A stretch of 64,000 nt of DNA, taken from a virus. Taxonomy: Duplodnaviria; Caudoviricetes. The notes beneath the pieces were generated by a model that ran no database searches, had not been told where the DNA came from, and was given only the letters and a program-made list of their open reading frames with translations. The position numbers and the translations under genes were made by a program. Location: IMG/VR virus record IMGVR_UViG_3300042868_009047, one strand, 5' to 3'. Shown here piece by piece: positions 47,601 to 56,089 of this stretch (position 1 is its first letter; the number at the start of each line of letters is the position of its first letter).

Positions 47601-50435
47601 TAATTCACTATTAGATTTAACCTGCAAACCATTGTCATCTTGTAATAAATGGAATATACTAATATTTTTACCAGCTATAATGTATGGGGTAAAAACAACA
47701 TCTTCAGTACCCCTTTGAGCTTTAGCCGCTCTTCTAAATAACCTATTATCAGCATCACTTAATTTGGTTTGATAATCTGGTGAATACTTGTTAATACCGA
47801 GATTTGAAAATAAAAAAAATCTTTGTGCTCTTCCAGTTTCATCTAATCTACTAATAACTCTATGTTCTAATTTATCTTCTATTTGAGAATCACCAAAACA
47901 TGTTGGTCTTAAAATAATAGAATCGTCTTTAAAGAAAGCGGATGTTAAACCACCTAAACCGCCAATATCTGAAATAAAGCTAGCTAATTTACCTAAACCA
48001 CCTTTAAATGTTGTGATGTCAGCATTACCTCTTTCAAGTATTGAGGCAGGGTTTTTAATAAATTCAATAACTTTCAATGGGTTGGTTAACATATCATCAA
48101 TGGTTGTTAAACCAGCGACTTCTTGTGCAGCTTTTGCTAACAATCTTGTGTTTAAATTAAATTTTAACTGTAAAGCACCTATTTGTGCTAATAACGTATC
48201 ATTTTTTAAACCAGGTTCAGTTAATAAATTTGCAATATCTAAATCAGCACCCAACAAAGCACTCAACGGAGTTGATGCCGTAGGTATGTTTAAAAAATCA
48301 CCCATTCTTATTTCTGTTGGATCAGCATTACTTAGCTTATCTTCAGTAAGATATGGGTTTTGCGGTGTGTTTGGTGTTTGATTTAATAATAAATTTTCTA
48401 AAATTTCATAAACAACAGTGTTTTCAGCACCATATTTATTGGTTGTTATGTTAGTTGTGTAGCTTGGTGTTAAACTAGATAATTGAGTTTGGTTAGGTAT
48501 AATAAAATCGTTTATTAAGGTTGCTGTACCAACTGGTATAGCACCTGGATTAGCCAACGCAAAAGCATCTGTTGGATCTGTTGGATCCTTTGCCATGTTT
48601 TTGTTAAACAAACTGATCATTATTGGACCAGCTAATGTAACAACATCCCCAGGGTTAACATTTGCGAATGTACTTATTTGTGCCAATGTACCTCTACCAG
48701 CTAAATACTGAGCAGCAATGGACGCACTTGGTGACAATGTGGTAATACCAGCAGCAACATCAACTGGCGTGTTTAATGTCATTGAAAAATTTAAATTTCT
48801 TGGTGTTACGGCTTGTGTAACAACATCACCAGGGTTAACAACATTAAAGTTATTAATTGTTGTGTCTAAACCTCTACCACCTAAGTATTGTGATGCAATT
48901 AAAGCTGAAGGTGTTAAATTAAGAATACCAGCGGTAATATCAGCTGGGGTATTTAAATTTTTTGAAAGATCTAATGTTCTTGGTGCAAATGAATCAGTAA
49001 CAACATTACCAGGGTTTACGTTAACATAATCATTAATAACACTATTTAAACCTCTACCAGCTAAATATTGTGCGGCAAAAGCACCGCTTAAATTTGTTAG
49101 TCCAGCGGTAATATCAACAGGTGTGTTTAATGTGCGTGCAAAGTTTAAATTTCTTGGTATTACAGAATCTGTTACAACATCACCAGGATTTACGTTAGGT
49201 AAAGTTGTAACCGCAACAAACGATCCCCTACCAGCTAAATATTGTGCGGCAAAAGCACCGCTTAAATTTGTTAGTCCAGCGGTAATATCAACAGGTGTGT
49301 TTAATGTTTGAGCAAAGTTTTGTATTCTAGGTGTTACAGCCTCACTTAATACGTCACCAGGATTTACATTAGGTGAAGTTGTGATCGCAACAAATGTACC
49401 CTTACCTGAAAGGTATTGTGCTGCCAAAGAAGCGTTAGGTGACAAATTATTTACACCAGTGGTAATATCAACAGGTGTGTTTAATGTTTGAGCAAAGTTT
49501 TGTGTTCTTGGTGTTATTGCATCTGATAAAACATCACCAGGGTTAACAACATTAAATGTATTTATAACGCTAAATGTTCCAAGACCAGCTAAATATTGGG
49601 CAGCGTAAGCAGCATTAGGTGTTAAATCATTCACACCAGCGGTAATATCCGTTGGGGTACCAATGTTCATTGCAAGATCTAAAGCTCTTGGTACAACCGC
49701 ATCGGTTAATACATCACCAGGGTTTATATTTGCAAATGTATTAATTACGGTAAAAGCACCTTTACCAGAAAGATACTGAGCAGCGTATGCTGCGTTAGGT
49801 GTTAAATTGTTTACACCAGCGGTTATGTCCGTAGGTGTGTTTAATGTCATAGCAAAATCCAAATTTCTTGGTGCTACGGCATCTGTTAGAACATCACCTG
49901 GGTTTACATTCACAAAATCATTTACAACGCTAAACGAACCTCTACCTGAAAGGTATTGAGCCGCAAACACAGCGTTAGGTGTCAAATCATTTACACCAGT
50001 GGTAATATCTGTTGGGGTATTTAATGTGTGTGATAAATCCAAATTTCTTGGTGCAACAGCTTCTGTTAGCACATCGCTAGGATTTACGTTTGAAAAATCA
50101 TTTATTACTGTTAATTGACCTTTACTATTAACCAAAGAAGCTACATAAGCAGCGCTTGTGGTTGTGTCAAGTAAACCAGCGTTAATATCAGCTGGTGTGT
50201 TTAATGTTTTATTAAGGTTTGCTATTCTTGCTGGAATACCGTCAGTATCAACATCACCAGGGTTTTGTACATTATAAAAATGTATCGCAGCGTCTTGTCC
50301 TAACGAACTTAAATACGCATTAACTGTCACTGAATTTGTTAAATTAACCAAACCAGTTACAACATCAGGTGGTGCCTGTAAATTTAAATTAAGGATTACA
50401 TTTCTAAATTGTCCCGATATACTATTTAAGCTCAT
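41667..50435 (-). CDS. Giant (2922-aa) tube-initiator-like (gpU/gp48/gp54) protein with an N-terminal repeat array and an OmpA-like insertion
   Basis: W..HQFLGRPEAIYTYNNTERSGTLSW and PP..LRIGD..IINSLNISYD..WD..QPMLAKVNISF flank an OmpA-like YNNKLASRRFVSVTKWL...RRVEI; positioned between the TMP and LysM genes. Confidence 0.65.
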   Translation of the reverse strand: MSLNSISGQFRNVILNLNLQAPPDVVTGLVNLTNSVTVNAYLSSLGQDAAIHFYNVQNPGDVDTDGIPARIANLNKTLNTPADINAGLLDTTTSAAYVASLVNSKGQLTVINDFSNVNPSDVLTEAVAPRNLDLSHTLNTPTDITTGVNDLTPNAVFAAQYLSGRGSFSVVNDFVNVNPGDVLTDAVAPRNLDFAMTLNTPTDITAGVNNLTPNAAYAAQYLSGKGAFTVINTFANINPGDVLTDAVVPRALDLAMNIGTPTDITAGVNDLTPNAAYAAQYLAGLGTFSVINTFNVVNPGDVLSDAITPRTQNFAQTLNTPVDITTGVNNLSPNASLAAQYLSGKGTFVAITTSPNVNPGDVLSEAVTPRIQNFAQTLNTPVDITAGLTNLSGAFAAQYLAGRGSFVAVTTLPNVNPGDVVTDSVIPRNLNFARTLNTPVDITAGLTNLSGAFAAQYLAGRGLNSVINDYVNVNPGNVVTDSFAPRTLDLSKNLNTPADITAGILNLTPSALIASQYLGGRGLDTTINNFNVVNPGDVVTQAVTPRNLNFSMTLNTPVDVAAGITTLSPSASIAAQYLAGRGTLAQISTFANVNPGDVVTLAGPIMISLFNKNMAKDPTDPTDAFALANPGAIPVGTATLINDFIIPNQTQLSSLTPSYTTNITTNKYGAENTVVYEILENLLLNQTPNTPQNPYLTEDKLSNADPTEIRMGDFLNIPTASTPLSALLGADLDIANLLTEPGLKNDTLLAQIGALQLKFNLNTRLLAKAAQEVAGLTTIDDMLTNPLKVIEFIKNPASILERGNADITTFKGGLGKLASFISDIGGLGGLTSAFFKDDSIILRPTCFGDSQIEDKLEHRVISRLDETGRAQRFFLFSNLGINKYSPDYQTKLSDADNRLFRRAAKAQRGTEDVVFTPYIIAGKNISIFHLLQDDNGLQVKSNSELTRAIRIGEDGTENYYTEPGVEDVSKYGSVQTSFIWRGATNERFMDPVNQQSTIDNWDSRIKNQNSLSNNSTNRFRDCSILDVTQKLLEAGERNEAIRSIDQTKTKFFDGYSFAPKSSGVITPFKVERKNKKGEVTGYNYLVPGLDKGGKRDDNRMYNEVELCRAWTKAKPFSKITDLIRWKELNRKERNSVLDRYGNLNIHPSALNVNEGYGRLGDGLGDAVVEAFGEKRARKYMFSLENLAWRDSAQFNELPPCEKGSNGGRIMWFPPYNIRFTDDTTTNWTTHQFLGRPEAIYTYNNTERSGTLSWDIVVDHPTIMNLLVDKEFAALTDGEVDELLAAFWAGCLDYDIFELARIWGVFSDSDIEYFKKVISDLDIRLPNDKIRSKVESSGSFQQEGVKIETPRLQIVPLTKFDLFFENDIPLPKDSYKNPLTPFNVAGYDTYYNIYANLARGKNLNQNSEFQELAVGGNSGLSESGRTNWIRYDYTIGENAPADNQHFFTKDRVKYDKESYGYEQQYESIALEYSADKYASVKDYNLRFAMVAHASPSAPGSNDAALKEYNNKLASRRFVSVTKWLILNVLKSPGDNGEIKCYTLGNQEIKSVEDVDKLHGDLEISKSITILRGDLNSRQEISFNIVSRGQDINDLFQKNPESTTPVDVIRDRNQYTSLFGRPLTGATSGVEYFPISYGANETYYMVKTYDEFNKLIVAGSPDETTFIPSVPKGITTPIKSKYIGTCVAILSNGKRPETREADVICGSLSPIASFARRVEIEAKLIPKEIPLERKNPPGETPPLYVEEQVPTTNVTKREIAQRILNKLLTECDYFEYLSKESPIIFDSLKQKLKYFSPAFHAMTPEGLNARLTFLQQCMRPGDTITKDVGVSGCDAKNTAFGRPPVSVLRIGDFYHTKIIINSLNISYDPLLWDLNPEGIGVQPMLAKVNISFKYIGGQGLRRYVDQLQNALTFNYYGNTDVYDERTFANTDRRERDLINLEQDFFAENSLDLIPIVAAAELITPSTEGLPIPYGTIGVISERLLPKLAGGTYYHNLTGAATFDLTKEYIAETCVTYQGQYYVRKNVKYPIADGLYTKTLPTDTATWTAIDHSNFGEFAFRQEYGRLYLQRYDIQYYDLFSELYYSFGDYVNNFANYIGKTEDKTIGKYKVINNVLKNKNYKKPLSTTGTTISEIIGNISGTTLPNTNLSGLTYSEIFNTVANERRYIGLGDVFKYHPFFLSKNNNKEEPFEALKLNLHPQEYMFKIGDGKGLPYNFTALTGATNNGRSSKYFQGNFTNGYTNNVDGNSETGGIFFRDTNGIKIYKDIESNFVNEFRTKIATNTLGFWFDTTDNLKGFKNFYKNLETSHIKDFTSYIDTQFVSFYSKRDSDTDSTITALNDSIARMSVILAGLSLPLYGYDATLSEGRAKLYEVIPNAKKLSTPVTGSTMFGYNPYEKYKKLSIDGGELISLSDVYGILTEANGIQTSGFTINKYASLGNGMYFFKQLKNNLNNTTSDSVIKEYVRNMTYISKVFGYTTVGDLPNQYDFDNFLPTNNNLTASISTANTFKFGQINPAVSGNPTDENFSLNPYEYGTSSSARSLETTSYALVSRDSSNIVNNTANNVYQQGEYQMKYTFEKINYELLDFSNKTLEFMLSDESETKNNDIDLVYTPNYELDLQINSLTGVTLNPTGSTSGVTTSDVLFYYGLNKKTNSQNSFIKDINYYLFNENNPNLTGTTLNTQLKNLNTLMMYDYTITEEYVNSLPDQQKFKLNGFVSGSTSGTTTGITYGETVKMSAMQDVLFIEFLYNLYVSKSVHIEAIMAKIEKTGINPPASIKNNPIRVDKYKKDQTVKIKKSIEGAFKLIETFVKKYDSDLADVLSYTSNLNDNTIKNINKNIFGVNNSAKVLDKFEIKNKLIKGNFDDYTVTFRETSKLDSTIIKNLKLFTKYKNEPIINICSTNEAESIKVNTETQLAMLYPELYN
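48640..50270 (-). repeat. Array of about ten 180/174-bp (60/58-aa) coding repeats
   Basis: The NPGDV codons recur at 50251, 50071, 49891, 49711, 49531, 49351, 49177, 49003, 48823 and 48643; 49054-49133 is identical to 49228-49307. Confidence 0.97.
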
Positions 50436-50439
50436 ATAT

Positions 50440-50447
50440 TATAAATA
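50440..50447 (-). promoter_or_regulatory. Recurrent TATTTATA motif
   Basis: 4 nt upstream of the ATG at 50435. Confidence 0.5.
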
Positions 50448-50472
50448 TTATTCAAACTGTTTTTTTATTAAA

Positions 50473-53319
50473 TTAAGCAAGTGGCTCAACGAAAAAATCA
50501 CTAGTATAATTCGCAGTACCATTGTCGGTTTGTGACATTGTTTTTTTAAGCCACGCACCCGCCATAACAGGATCTGAACCAAAAAATTCTTTTGCACTTA
50601 TTTTTTGGGTACCATTTTTAGTTTTTGCTTCAATTTCTCCGTTTATCACAACTGTGATTGTTTGGTCACCACCATTTGTATTAGAATTTGCATATTTATT
50701 AGCATTTAATTCTGATATCATAGCCATACCTTGTCCAGCACCACCATTTGTATTAGAATTTGCATATTTATTAGCATTTAATTCTGATATCATAGCCATA
50801 CCTTGTCCAGCACCACCAGACCATTCTGTTCCGTCAGAAAATCTAACATAATCCTGTACGTTTTGTGTTGGTAGGTATTCCATGTCATATACATCTCTAG
50901 CCCAAGCACCATTATTACCAATACCTTGACCCTTTACAGCGTTATCAATAATTGATGATTCAAGACTACCAACACCAATACCACCAGTTTGTAAAGATGC
51001 TAAAGCGTCTATTGTTCTAGCCCCACCAATACCTGTTCTGGCGATACCAGCTGTAAGATAATCACTGTTACCAAATGCGGCTGGAATTAAACCAATAACC
51101 GATTCAGCGGCACCACCAATTACATTTAAAAGACCACTACCAAAACCAATCGCTGAATCACCAGGCCCCATATACAAAGCATTTTGCGCTACATTACTAA
51201 TTTTTTTATCAATTAATTTTTGATTATCAATACCCATTTTTTGGCTTATAGCCTTTGTTTTGGCATCACCTTCTTCTAATTGTAATGCCGCTGATAACAT
51301 AGCATCTCCAACACCAAAAGGTAAACCTTGTAAAGCTTTAAATATTTCAGCAAAAGCTATCTTAATAAAAGGCATTACACCATCCATAAAAAAACCACCT
51401 ATTTTTCCAAAAACTTCACTGATCCTATTCCAAAAAGGTGTTTTTTCATTACCCATAATAGCTTTAATTTCACCAAGAAAATCCGTAAAACCTTTTAAAA
51501 ACATATCAAGACCCTTACGTAATGGACTATCTGCGTTAAATAAGTCTGTAATCATCGGTATTAATTGTGACGCAATAGTTTTGCCCAATTCTTCAACTTT
51601 TTGTAAAAAACCAGAATTTGATAATAACTCGTCTAGCTTGGTAAATAATGGTGTTAAACCAATTGCAAATCTATCCAAAACATTATTAAGTCTTTCTTGA
51701 AGGGTTAATCTTTGTTTTGCCGCATCTTCATTTGCTTTTCTTTGTGATAATATATTTTTTAACTGATCTTGACTTGTGATATTACTAACTAATTCACTAA
51801 CACCGTTAGGCATTTTAATTTCATATTGACCTTTTTTATTTATAGTCATTAGGTTAGCCAACGCTTGTTGGTCGTCATCAGTAATACCAATTAAAGAGCC
51901 AGCGCTTTTGCTTAGCGTATTCATCTTATCAGCTGTCCTAGCTTGTTCAATGCCAGCGTTAACTATTTGATCGTAATTTTGACCTAAGGCTTCCGCTGTT
52001 TCCTTTAATATTTGACGTTGAGCTGGTGGTATAATAAAATCACCATTTTTGTTTTTAATCGCTAAACTCTTTGCGGAATTTATTAATTTTTCAGCCATAC
52101 CATCCGCATTATTCATTGAGTCATACATTAACTGGAATGGATCCCCAAACATTTGCGCAAACTCACCACCAAGTACTTGTATCTTAGCAGCGGCTTCTAC
52201 AGCTTTTTCTGGACTAAAGAAAGCGTCTTTAAAAGATTTTATTGATTCACCTAAGTTAAATCTTAATGATTCAGCTTTAGCGGCCAATTTTGTTAAACCC
52301 TCAACGCTTCTACCAAAACCAGATCCTGTTAAAGCTTTAACAACTTCTGTGGTTGTTTGTAATAATTTTGTTTGGTTAATATTAAATCTAGCAGCTTCGT
52401 TTCTACCTTTTTGAGCAACTTTAAGTGTTGTGCTTAAAGAATAACCTAAGTTATCAAATTCTGCAACCATCTTAGTTGCACCTTCAACAGCCAATCCAGT
52501 GTTATTACCTAATTTAACAATATCGGTAATTTCTTCAGCGCTAAAAATTCTATTCTTACCAGTTTCATCACTAAATCCTTTTATGATTTTACCAATATCT
52601 TCAATCTTACCACCATACCCAAGTATTTCATTGTATATTGTTGGCATCATATTTAATAAGTTTCGGTACTCAATAGCTGTCATACCAATATCAGCTGATA
52701 ATGCACCAACAACTTTTTGCATTTCAAGAAATAACTTATAAGCTTTTTCGATAGGAAAAATAATTTTAAGTAACCCTACGCCAATATCAAAAGCCGCACC
52801 CAATATACTACCAAATACACTAAATAAACCACCAAAATTTGATGATAAGAATCCACCCACTTTACCAAACATATTAAGGGCTTGACCCATTTTACTAACC
52901 GAAGATTTAGCTGTTTGATAATTTACTTCTTCTATCTCTTTTTCAACCTGAAGTTGTTCTTTTTTCTTTTTAACTAACGCAGCCGCTTCTTTGTTACCTC
53001 TTCTTGTAAGTTCATCGGCAACCTTGCCCATGTTAACAATATCATCTTCGGTTTTTTTAAGACTTTTTTTGGCTTTTTTAAGGTTTTGAGCATCTTCAGC
53101 CATTTCTTTACCAAATCTTTTTAAGTTTTGATAAACCGATTGTGTTTTTAAATCCCACTCTCTACCAATCGCTTTTTTTTCGTTAATAGCATCGTACATT
53201 GACAACATACTATTAACGTGTTCCTCTTCTTGTTGGGCTGATATGATACCAGCTTTTTTTAGCGCATCAAGTTTCTTTTGTGCCCCTTCTAAATTACCAA
53301 AAAAATCTGCTTGTCCCAT
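50473..53319 (-). CDS. Tape-measure-like protein, paralog 1
   Basis: 948 aa; helical/coiled-coil, Ala/Gly-rich hydrophobic segments; located between the chaperone and tube-initiator genes. Confidence 0.7.
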   Translation of the reverse strand: MGQADFFGNLEGAQKKLDALKKAGIISAQQEEEHVNSMLSMYDAINEKKAIGREWDLKTQSVYQNLKRFGKEMAEDAQNLKKAKKSLKKTEDDIVNMGKVADELTRRGNKEAAALVKKKKEQLQVEKEIEEVNYQTAKSSVSKMGQALNMFGKVGGFLSSNFGGLFSVFGSILGAAFDIGVGLLKIIFPIEKAYKLFLEMQKVVGALSADIGMTAIEYRNLLNMMPTIYNEILGYGGKIEDIGKIIKGFSDETGKNRIFSAEEITDIVKLGNNTGLAVEGATKMVAEFDNLGYSLSTTLKVAQKGRNEAARFNINQTKLLQTTTEVVKALTGSGFGRSVEGLTKLAAKAESLRFNLGESIKSFKDAFFSPEKAVEAAAKIQVLGGEFAQMFGDPFQLMYDSMNNADGMAEKLINSAKSLAIKNKNGDFIIPPAQRQILKETAEALGQNYDQIVNAGIEQARTADKMNTLSKSAGSLIGITDDDQQALANLMTINKKGQYEIKMPNGVSELVSNITSQDQLKNILSQRKANEDAAKQRLTLQERLNNVLDRFAIGLTPLFTKLDELLSNSGFLQKVEELGKTIASQLIPMITDLFNADSPLRKGLDMFLKGFTDFLGEIKAIMGNEKTPFWNRISEVFGKIGGFFMDGVMPFIKIAFAEIFKALQGLPFGVGDAMLSAALQLEEGDAKTKAISQKMGIDNQKLIDKKISNVAQNALYMGPGDSAIGFGSGLLNVIGGAAESVIGLIPAAFGNSDYLTAGIARTGIGGARTIDALASLQTGGIGVGSLESSIIDNAVKGQGIGNNGAWARDVYDMEYLPTQNVQDYVRFSDGTEWSGGAGQGMAMISELNANKYANSNTNGGAGQGMAMISELNANKYANSNTNGGDQTITVVINGEIEAKTKNGTQKISAKEFFGSDPVMAGAWLKKTMSQTDNGTANYTSDFFVEPLA
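50667..50818 (-). repeat. Perfect 72-bp in-frame tandem duplication (GGAGQGMAMISELNANKYANSNTN x2)
   Basis: Two identical 72-bp units starting at 50667 and 50739, bounded by CACCACCA at 50667, 50739 and 50811. Confidence 0.97.
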
Positions 53320-53347
53320 ATATTAAATTTAATGATTATTGTTTAAC

Positions 53348-53355
53348 TATAAATA
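53348..53355 (-). promoter_or_regulatory. Recurrent TATTTATA motif
   Basis: 28 nt upstream of the ATG at 53319, between the two TMP paralogs. Confidence 0.5.
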
Positions 53356-53372
53356 TTAAACATTCTATTTTA

Positions 53373-56087
53373 TTATGCATTATAGGCCATTTGGTTTATA
53401 ATTTGTTTGGATACGATATTTGTTGCATCTTTAATACCATTGTCATCTAAATCATGTTGTGTCATATCAATTGTACCTGTTAAGTTTAAGGTAACAATAG
53501 GTTTTTTAATTGATAAATTATCTTGGGCGCTTTGTGTAGCTTTTTGGTCAAAAAGTAATAAAGCGTCATCTTTTCTACCTTTTATGATTTTATCTTCTGT
53601 TTTTATCATTAAACCATCTTTATTGATAACATTATCACCACTAGAGTAATCTATGTAAGCGTTAGTGGCATCTAAACCTATTGATACCAATGTACCGACA
53701 CCAGGAACGGTTGATGCTATACCAGATGCTAAGGCTATTGTTGCTTGCCCATAGTCACCATCCATAGCTTGGCCTATAGCATCAAAAACACCAATAGCTA
53801 AACCAAGACCTGGTATTCTTTTACCAACGGTTTTAAAAGCGTTTTTTTGCATATTTTTTGCAATTATATGGGCACTAGCTTCAATCATTTTTGCACCTGA
53901 CTTATTAGTTAAACCTGTCATGTCCATACCACCATTTTTTTCATTGTAGATGGTTATTTTTTCTACAAGATTTTCTTGTTGGGTTTTAAATAAAACACTG
54001 TCTTGACCTGCGACTATAAGAGCGTTTTTTTGCATTTCTAATCCACTTTTTTCAAGTGACGTTACACCTAGTGTGGCATTATCTATTAGTTTACCAATTT
54101 TTTCAAGAAGGAAACCACCAGCAAATTTTAATATTGGTTTAAAACCAATATCAAGTCCATCAAGGAATTCGTAAATTGTTTCACTAAATTTTTCACCAAA
54201 TTCTTTTTTAGGGTCTTTCCAAATACTAAGGATTTTATCCATAATAATAGACATTGTGTTAAATATTTGCATTAAATTTTGACGAAAAGACCCCCCTTCA
54301 GAAAAAGCTTTATCTAAAAATATTATCATCTCGCTTGATATAGCTTTAACTGTTTCATCTAAATTGTTTAATGTGTTATGATTAGTTAGTAGATTGTTTA
54401 ATTCAACAAAAACTTGAGAAAAAGCTGTTGTAAATCTATCCACAACAATACCTATTCTTTCAGCTAACGAGTTTCTTAATAATGCTGATTGTTGATTTTT
54501 TCTTTCTTGGTTAAGAATAGCGTATATTTCCGTATTACCAGGTATATTCTCTAATCTTTGTATTACACCGTTTGATAACCTTATACTGTAAGAACCATCC
54601 TCATTTAATGTCATTAAATTTGTTAATAATTCATTTTGTTCATCAGTTAAACCAAATGTTGATACATTTCTTTTTCTTAACGCTTCAATTTTATCTGTAT
54701 ATTTAGCATCTTCAATAGCTGCATTAAATAACTCATCAGCATCTTGACCTATTGACTTAGCAAACTCTCTTATTAATTCACGATCAGCTGGTGATATTTG
54801 AAATCCGTTTCTACCTTTAAATGCTTTACCTTTAACAACTTCCATTAAATCAGCTGTTAGTTGTAAAGGATCTTCAATACTTTTAGCCATTAACATAAAA
54901 GGATCACTAAAATAAGTGGCAAATTTACCGCCAAGTAACCTAGCTGTTGCCGCAACTTCTATTGCTGTTTCTGGGTCAGTAAAAGCATCCTTAAAGGCAC
55001 CCACACTTTTTTTAACATCAATTCTAGCTTTTTGCGTTTTAATAACTAATTTTACCATACCCTCTAAACCTTTTTCAATACCAAAACCAGTTAGTTCAGT
55101 TATTGTCTCACTGGTTTTTTTAAGAACTTTTGTTTGGTTTTGAGAAACGGCCATGGTTTTATCTCTAACAAAACTTGTAAATTTTAATGTTCTATCTAAA
55201 GAATAACCAAGGTTTTCAAAATTACCAACAAGTTCACTAGCGGCACTAACACCAAGTCCAGTACCTAAACCAAGTTCGATTATTGATTTAAATTCAACAC
55301 CACTAAAAACTCTATTTCTGTTTGTTAATTTGTTATAACCTTCATATGCTTCACCAACTTGTTCAATACTACCACCAACATCTAAAACTTCTTGCATTAT
55401 CATCGGCATTTTATTTAAGAATTTAACGGATTCTTGTGCCAATAAACCAGAGTCGGCCGAAATACCACCAACAAGTTTTTGCATTTTTAAAAATTTTTCA
55501 TATACAGCACTAAAACCAAAATCGGCACCAAGTATATTACTTAAAAATGAAAAACCTACTTTAACAATACTAACAGCAACATTAAATAACATTTTTGCTG
55601 CGCCAATAATAACACCACCAACCACCATTATGGCAGCTAAATAAGGGTTACCAGATTTTGCGCCAGTTTCAACTGTATCAGCAACACTATCCATAGCCTC
55701 TTTAACATTTTTTTCAATTTCTAGTTGGGCTCTTCTTTTAAATAATGCTTGTCCTAACTCATTCTTATGGTTATTTATCGCTTTATTTTCTTTTTCTTTA
55801 TAATGATTTATTTGTTCTTCAAGAAATTGTATATTATTTTTTCTTTTTTGACGTTCTTTATAAATCTTTTCCTTTTCTTTTTGTACTCTTTTAAAATACC
55901 CCCATAAACTTTCGTTTTTGGCATCCCATTGATACATTTCTTTTTTTTGGGCAATAGCATCGTTATACGTATCAATTACATTTTGTACGTGCCCTTCTAT
56001 TATTTGTTGTGAATTGGCCGAAGCTGCTGTATTAACTTGCAGCTTTTTTACCATTTCATCTATTGCTGATGCTATATCTCCTTGCAT
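53373..56087 (-). CDS. Tape-measure-like protein, paralog 2
   Basis: 904 aa; collinear similarity to 50473..53319; Gly-rich hydrophobic C-terminal segment (RIPGLGLAIG...TVPGVGTLVSIG). Confidence 0.7.
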   Translation of the reverse strand: MQGDIASAIDEMVKKLQVNTAASANSQQIIEGHVQNVIDTYNDAIAQKKEMYQWDAKNESLWGYFKRVQKEKEKIYKERQKRKNNIQFLEEQINHYKEKENKAINNHKNELGQALFKRRAQLEIEKNVKEAMDSVADTVETGAKSGNPYLAAIMVVGGVIIGAAKMLFNVAVSIVKVGFSFLSNILGADFGFSAVYEKFLKMQKLVGGISADSGLLAQESVKFLNKMPMIMQEVLDVGGSIEQVGEAYEGYNKLTNRNRVFSGVEFKSIIELGLGTGLGVSAASELVGNFENLGYSLDRTLKFTSFVRDKTMAVSQNQTKVLKKTSETITELTGFGIEKGLEGMVKLVIKTQKARIDVKKSVGAFKDAFTDPETAIEVAATARLLGGKFATYFSDPFMLMAKSIEDPLQLTADLMEVVKGKAFKGRNGFQISPADRELIREFAKSIGQDADELFNAAIEDAKYTDKIEALRKRNVSTFGLTDEQNELLTNLMTLNEDGSYSIRLSNGVIQRLENIPGNTEIYAILNQERKNQQSALLRNSLAERIGIVVDRFTTAFSQVFVELNNLLTNHNTLNNLDETVKAISSEMIIFLDKAFSEGGSFRQNLMQIFNTMSIIMDKILSIWKDPKKEFGEKFSETIYEFLDGLDIGFKPILKFAGGFLLEKIGKLIDNATLGVTSLEKSGLEMQKNALIVAGQDSVLFKTQQENLVEKITIYNEKNGGMDMTGLTNKSGAKMIEASAHIIAKNMQKNAFKTVGKRIPGLGLAIGVFDAIGQAMDGDYGQATIALASGIASTVPGVGTLVSIGLDATNAYIDYSSGDNVINKDGLMIKTEDKIIKGRKDDALLLFDQKATQSAQDNLSIKKPIVTLNLTGTIDMTQHDLDDNGIKDATNIVSKQIINQMAYNA

Positions 56088-56089
56088 TA

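Noticed and set aside
48640-50270. 180-bp periodic repeats as a possible CRISPR array or DGR template/variable repeat
   Set aside because: The units are in-frame coding repeats diverging mostly at synonymous and conservative sites. There are no short identical repeats with unique spacers, no adenine-specific mismatch pattern, and no reverse transcriptase or cas gene in the window.
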